NCBI GenBank assembly: GCA_041688515.1
Contig: JBDNHZ010000078.1
Coordinates: 1 to 43,630 of the forward strand
Origin: Verrucomicrobiota bacterium
GTDB lineage: Bacteria; Verrucomicrobiota; Verrucomicrobiia; Limisphaerales; UBA9464
DNA: 43,630 bases
Direction of reading: 5' to 3'
Made by a program: the position numbers and the translations under genes. Below are positions 39,857-43,630 of this stretch, one piece after another; position 1 is the first letter of the stretch, and every line of letters starts with the position of its first letter. Under the pieces are notes generated by a model, which was given only the letters and a program-made list of their open reading frames with translations, was not told the origin of the DNA and searched no databases.

Positions 39857-41401
39857 GTGGCAGCTACCCCGGAAAATCCGCAAAGCGAGGCGACGAGCAC
39901 GAAGTTCCCGCCGCAGGTGGGGTTCATCATCGGCAACGAAGCCTGCGAGCGATACAGCTTCTATGGGATGAAGGGCATCCTCGCCGGGTACATCACCGGC
40001 GAGGTGATGAACGGGGGCCTGGGTCAGACGCGGGACAAGGCGACCTATTGGATCCACCTGTTCATCATGCTGAACTACTTCACGCCGCTTTTGGGGGCGT
40101 GGATTTCAGACAAGCTGCTGGGGCGTTACCGGACCATTCTGTGGATCTCGCTCCTGTACTGTCTGGGGCACGGGGTGATGGCCATGGCCGACGTGTTCTA
40201 CCCGGTGGTGGCGGCTTCGGCTCCCCTGGTGGAATTGACCGAGACCGCGCGGAAGACGCTGGACGCCTCGAATGCGGTGGCGGCTGAGGGCCGCGCCTGG
40301 ATGCTGGGAGTTGGACTGGGGTTGATCGCGCTGGGGGCCGGCGGCATCAAGCCCTGCGTGTCAGCGTTCATGGGTGACCAATTCCTCAACGCCGGGTCAC
40401 GCCTCTACGAAAAGGCCTACGCGGCCTTCTATTTCTCCATCAATTTCGGATCGTTCTTCTCCTTCCTGACCATTCCGCTGGTGGCCCGAAAGCTCGGGTA
40501 TTCCTGGGCCTTCGGGATTCCGGGGATCCTGATGGGGTTGGCCACCCTCATCTTCTTTCTGGGGCGGAACCGGTATCGCAAGGTCCCGCCATCCCGGGAA
40601 ACACGATCGGCGGGGTTCTTCGCCGTATTAAAGGAAGCGATCGCGCATCGACGTCCCGGCGTTGGATTCTGGGAAGGGGCGATGGCCGGGTCCCGGTTCT
40701 CGCGGGAGGAAGTTTCGGCGGCTGCCTCGGTGGCTCCGGTGTTGTCGGTGTTCGCCCTGATCCCGCCCTTCTGGGCGATGTTCGACCAGCACTCCAGCAC
40801 CTGGGTATTGCAGGCAAAGGAGATGATCCCCTTCAAGATGACGATGGGGAAGTGGTCCTATGATCTCGGCGGCGAGGAGATGCAGTCGTTGAATCCCCTG
40901 CTGGTGATGATCCTGGTGCCGCTGGTGACCCTGGTGCTGTACCCGGCTTTCGGGCGGATGACCCGAGTGACTCCATTGCGGCGGATCGGGGTGGGGATGT
41001 TTGTCGCCGGCTTTTCCTACGTGGTCGTGGCCTGGATCCAGCAACGGATCGGTGCCGGGGAGAAGTTGAGTGTCCTGTGGCAGGCGATCCCGTACGTGAT
41101 CCTGACGACGGCGGAGGTGCTGGTGTCCACCACGGGGTTGGAGTTCGCCTACACCCAGGCGGCGAAGAGCATGAAGAGTACGATCATGAGCTTCTGGCTG
41201 CTGACGGTGGCGATTGGCAATTTCCTGGTAGCCATGATCACCAAGTACGCGCCGGGCGACGCGTCGGGCTCTTCGTCCGTCACCGCCGGCCGATTCCTGC
41301 TCTACTCCGGCCTGACCTTTGTGGTGGCGATCGTGTTCGTCTTCGTCGCGAGCGCCTACCGGTATCGCAACACCGATGCCGTGACATCGGGTCGCGGGTG
41401 A
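39857..41401 (+). CDS. POT/PTR family proton-dependent oligopeptide transporter
   Basis: EACERYSFYGM (ExxERFxYYG motif), GAGGIKP, FYFSINFGS, GLEFAYTQA..SMKS. The start is uncertain (39821 or 39857). Confidence 0.92.
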   Translation: MAATPENPQSEATSTKFPPQVGFIIGNEACERYSFYGMKGILAGYITGEVMNGGLGQTRDKATYWIHLFIMLNYFTPLLGAWISDKLLGRYRTILWISLLYCLGHGVMAMADVFYPVVAASAPLVELTETARKTLDASNAVAAEGRAWMLGVGLGLIALGAGGIKPCVSAFMGDQFLNAGSRLYEKAYAAFYFSINFGSFFSFLTIPLVARKLGYSWAFGIPGILMGLATLIFFLGRNRYRKVPPSRETRSAGFFAVLKEAIAHRRPGVGFWEGAMAGSRFSREEVSAAASVAPVLSVFALIPPFWAMFDQHSSTWVLQAKEMIPFKMTMGKWSYDLGGEEMQSLNPLLVMILVPLVTLVLYPAFGRMTRVTPLRRIGVGMFVAGFSYVVVAWIQQRIGAGEKLSVLWQAIPYVILTTAEVLVSTTGLEFAYTQAAKSMKSTIMSFWLLTVAIGNFLVAMITKYAPGDASGSSSVTAGRFLLYSGLTFVVAIVFVFVASAYRYRNTDAVTSGRG

Positions 41402-41464
41402 GGCAGGCTGCGTCAGTTCCTTTTTTCACTGTTCACCAACCCCATCATCAACCGCGGAGGCTGA

Positions 41465-42139
41465 ATGTATCGCGTCAGAGGTTCCGACCAGAATGTTTAC
41501 GGGCCGATTTCGGCAGAAACCATCCGGCAATGGATTGGCGAACGCCGGTTAAACCGGGACTCGCAGGTATGCCGGGAGGGCGAGGAAGTGTGGCAACCGC
41601 TCTCTCAGGTGACCGAGTTCGCAGACGCCCTGACCGGGGCGATGGCATCCGGAGCTTCGGCGATGCCGAATCTGCCGGCGGGCGGGGTCTATCAGGCACC
41701 GGCCTCCGGGACGGCTTCGCGGGAGGCGATCCTGTCCCAGACCAAGCCGGCGGCGATCTGCCTGATCGTCTTTGGCGCGTTCATGTTCCTGATGGGATTG
41801 GGCAATACCATCATGCAGGCGGCTTCCGGCGGCCGGAGCCGGGAGTTGCCCGCGGAATCGCCCGAGTGGCTGAAGCAGGCGATGAAGTTCCAGACGGACA
41901 TGCCGGCGGCGCTTCAGTACGGCCTGGCAGCGGTGAGTCTGTTGGTCTTCGCCCTCGTGATTTTCGGCGGGGTCAAGATGCTGCGATTGCAGGCCCGCGG
42001 GCTGGTGATGACGGCGGCGATTCTGGTCATGATTCCCTGTTTCACCAGTTGTTGCTGCCTCCTGGGATTGCCCCTCGGGATCTGGGTGATCGTTCTGATC
42101 AACAAGCCTGAAGTCCGCAGTCAGTTCGACCAGGGCTGA
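41465..42139 (+). CDS. GYF_2/DUF4339-domain membrane protein
   Basis: N-terminal GSDQNVYGPIS...IRQWI.E.R......V.REG...WQPL...EF; C-terminal hydrophobic segments with PC..CCCLLGLPLGIW. Confidence 0.8.
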   Translation: MYRVRGSDQNVYGPISAETIRQWIGERRLNRDSQVCREGEEVWQPLSQVTEFADALTGAMASGASAMPNLPAGGVYQAPASGTASREAILSQTKPAAICLIVFGAFMFLMGLGNTIMQAASGGRSRELPAESPEWLKQAMKFQTDMPAALQYGLAAVSLLVFALVIFGGVKMLRLQARGLVMTAAILVMIPCFTSCCCLLGLPLGIWVIVLINKPEVRSQFDQG

Positions 42140-42141
42140 CC

Positions 42142-42582
42142 ATGCAGGCCGCGCCGAGCCGTTCAGCCCCGCCGGTGATGGGTGCATCGCCCTTCTGGGC
42201 GGGGCGGAGCCTGAGATGGGCAGGGGTGGCAGCGGTGCTGGTGGTGGGCGTCGTCCTCTGGCGCGTTGAACCGGCAGGGCAGTTTTACTACCCGCGCTGT
42301 TGGACGTACGCCGTGACCGGCTTGAAGTGCCCGGGCTGCGGCGTGCTCCGGGCCACCCACGCGCTGCTCCGGGGCGAGTGGGCCTTGGCCTGGACGCTCA
42401 ATCCGCTGTGGGTCTGTTATCTCCCGGTGATCGCCTGGAGCGGTGCCTCCTGGATGGCAGGAGGGTTCGGGAGGAAGATTTCAAATCCCTTGCGGAACCA
42501 GTGGATCCTCGGGGTGCTGGGAGGGCTTGCCGTGGCTTATGGCATCGCCAGGAACCTTCCCGGCCTTGCCTGGCTCGGGTAG
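42142..42582 (+). CDS. DUF2752-domain membrane protein
   Basis: PRC....TGLKCPGCG.LRA.HALL.G....A...NPL; C-terminal RNLP. Confidence 0.88.
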   Translation: MQAAPSRSAPPVMGASPFWAGRSLRWAGVAAVLVVGVVLWRVEPAGQFYYPRCWTYAVTGLKCPGCGVLRATHALLRGEWALAWTLNPLWVCYLPVIAWSGASWMAGGFGRKISNPLRNQWILGVLGGLAVAYGIARNLPGLAWLG

Positions 42583-42595
42583 CGCGGACGCCGAG

Positions 42596-43630
42596 TTATT
42601 CTGCCGTCACGGCCGGTTTGCCCCGGACAATCGCCACCACGCTGGCCTCCGGCCGCAGGATCCGTTGGGCGACAGCACGGATGTCGTCTCCGGTGATCGC
42701 TGCATACCGATCGTCGTCCTGGTCTCCGTGGGCGAAGCCCAGGCCGTAGAGTTCATCCAGGGCAGCGGCGAGGGCCAGATGACCGAGGTCCTGACGGGCG
42801 ATTTTCTTCTGACCGATCATCTTCGCCTTGGCGCGGGTTAGTTCCTCCTCGGAAAGCCCTTCGACCCGGAGCAATTCGGCCTGGGCCCGAAGTTCGATTT
42901 CCACCCGGTCCACTTCGCCGGGGGCGGTTCCACAATAGAAGGCGAAATAGCCTTGGGTGCGCCCGAGGAAATTCGATGCGCCGACGTAGTAGGCAAGGCC
43001 GAGTTCATCGCGGATGCGCATGAAAAGCCGGGATCCCATGTCGCTACACGCTTCCTGGAGCAGTTCGAGGGCGTAGCGATCGGGTGCGTCGAAGGTGGAT
43101 CCCGGAAAGGCGAGGGCGATCACGGCCTGTTCCTTGTCCCGGGATTCCTCGTGGCGGGCGACGGAGACGGAGGGTTGGGTTCCCTGAGCTCCGGCCACGG
43201 TGCCTGCGTGCCACTCCCGGAATGTCAGCTCGACTTCGGCGCGGACCGCTTCGGCATGGATATCCCCGAAGATGGCGAGCACCGCATTGTTTGGGATCGC
43301 CAGCCGCCGATGAAAGGCCTCGACGTCGGCCCGGCTGAAGCGTCGGACATTGGCCTCGGATCCGAGGGAATCGAGACCGTAGCCATTGTCGCCAAATACC
43401 CCGCGGCGAACGGCCTTGAAGGCGCATTGGAGCAGTTGGTCACGCTGTCCGCGCAGGCTTGCGAGCTGGACCTCGCGCTCGCGTTCGACCGCATCGGCGG
43501 GCCAGGAAGGATGCAGGACCACGTCCGCGAGCAGTTCGAGCCCATGGGCGAAATCGCCGCTGAGGACCTCGGCGCTGAAACCGAAGCTGTGGTTTCCGCC
43601 GTAGGGTTCGAGGGATCCGCCGAGGCTCTC
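42596..43630 (-). CDS. M16 (pitrilysin-like) peptidase, C-terminal part (runs off the window)
   Basis: The frame is open to the window edge (ESLGGSLEPYGG.HSFG.SAEVL); MGSRLF.RIRDELGLAYYV. Confidence 0.9.
   Translation of the reverse strand, partial: ESLGGSLEPYGGNHSFGFSAEVLSGDFAHGLELLADVVLHPSWPADAVEREREVQLASLRGQRDQLLQCAFKAVRRGVFGDNGYGLDSLGSEANVRRFSRADVEAFHRRLAIPNNAVLAIFGDIHAEAVRAEVELTFREWHAGTVAGAQGTQPSVSVARHEESRDKEQAVIALAFPGSTFDAPDRYALELLQEACSDMGSRLFMRIRDELGLAYYVGASNFLGRTQGYFAFYCGTAPGEVDRVEIELRAQAELLRVEGLSEEELTRAKAKMIGQKKIARQDLGHLALAAALDELYGLGFAHGDQDDDRYAAITGDDIRAVAQRILRPEASVVAIVRGKPAVTAE

Overview
High-GC bacterial chromosome segment, most likely Verrucomicrobiota (inferred from the prepilin/H-X9-DG protein, glycine-rich RRM protein and PVC-type UVR-motif protein). 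The backbone is intact housekeeping genes: oppABC, secG-tpiA-pgk, yqeY, a PAS-GAF-GAF/LuxR two-component pair, thiG, an RRM gene, infA, an M29 aminopeptidase, asd, wecA-like/kdsD/lysC, a POT transporter and an M16 peptidase. Two accessory regions are decaying. (1) About 5.4-9.8 kb holds a deleted and fused Ig-DUF1800/DUF1501 pair and a broken LysM + lipase-effector-like pair. (2) About 23.7-36.6 kb holds a class I DISARM defence island in which every recognisable core gene (drmD, drmMI, a probable drmA stub, drmC) is broken by frameshifts, stops or large deletions, and drmB is not visible. Inside this island two ATGA-coupled genes are intact: an uncharacterised Mrr-like PD-(D/E)XK nuclease with an unassigned N-terminal domain, and a GmrSD-like DUF262-DUF1524 protein. 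This pair is the best candidate for an undescribed anti-phage module. All family calls come from motif recognition by eye, with no database searches. No tRNA, rRNA, CRISPR array, integrase or transposase was seen.
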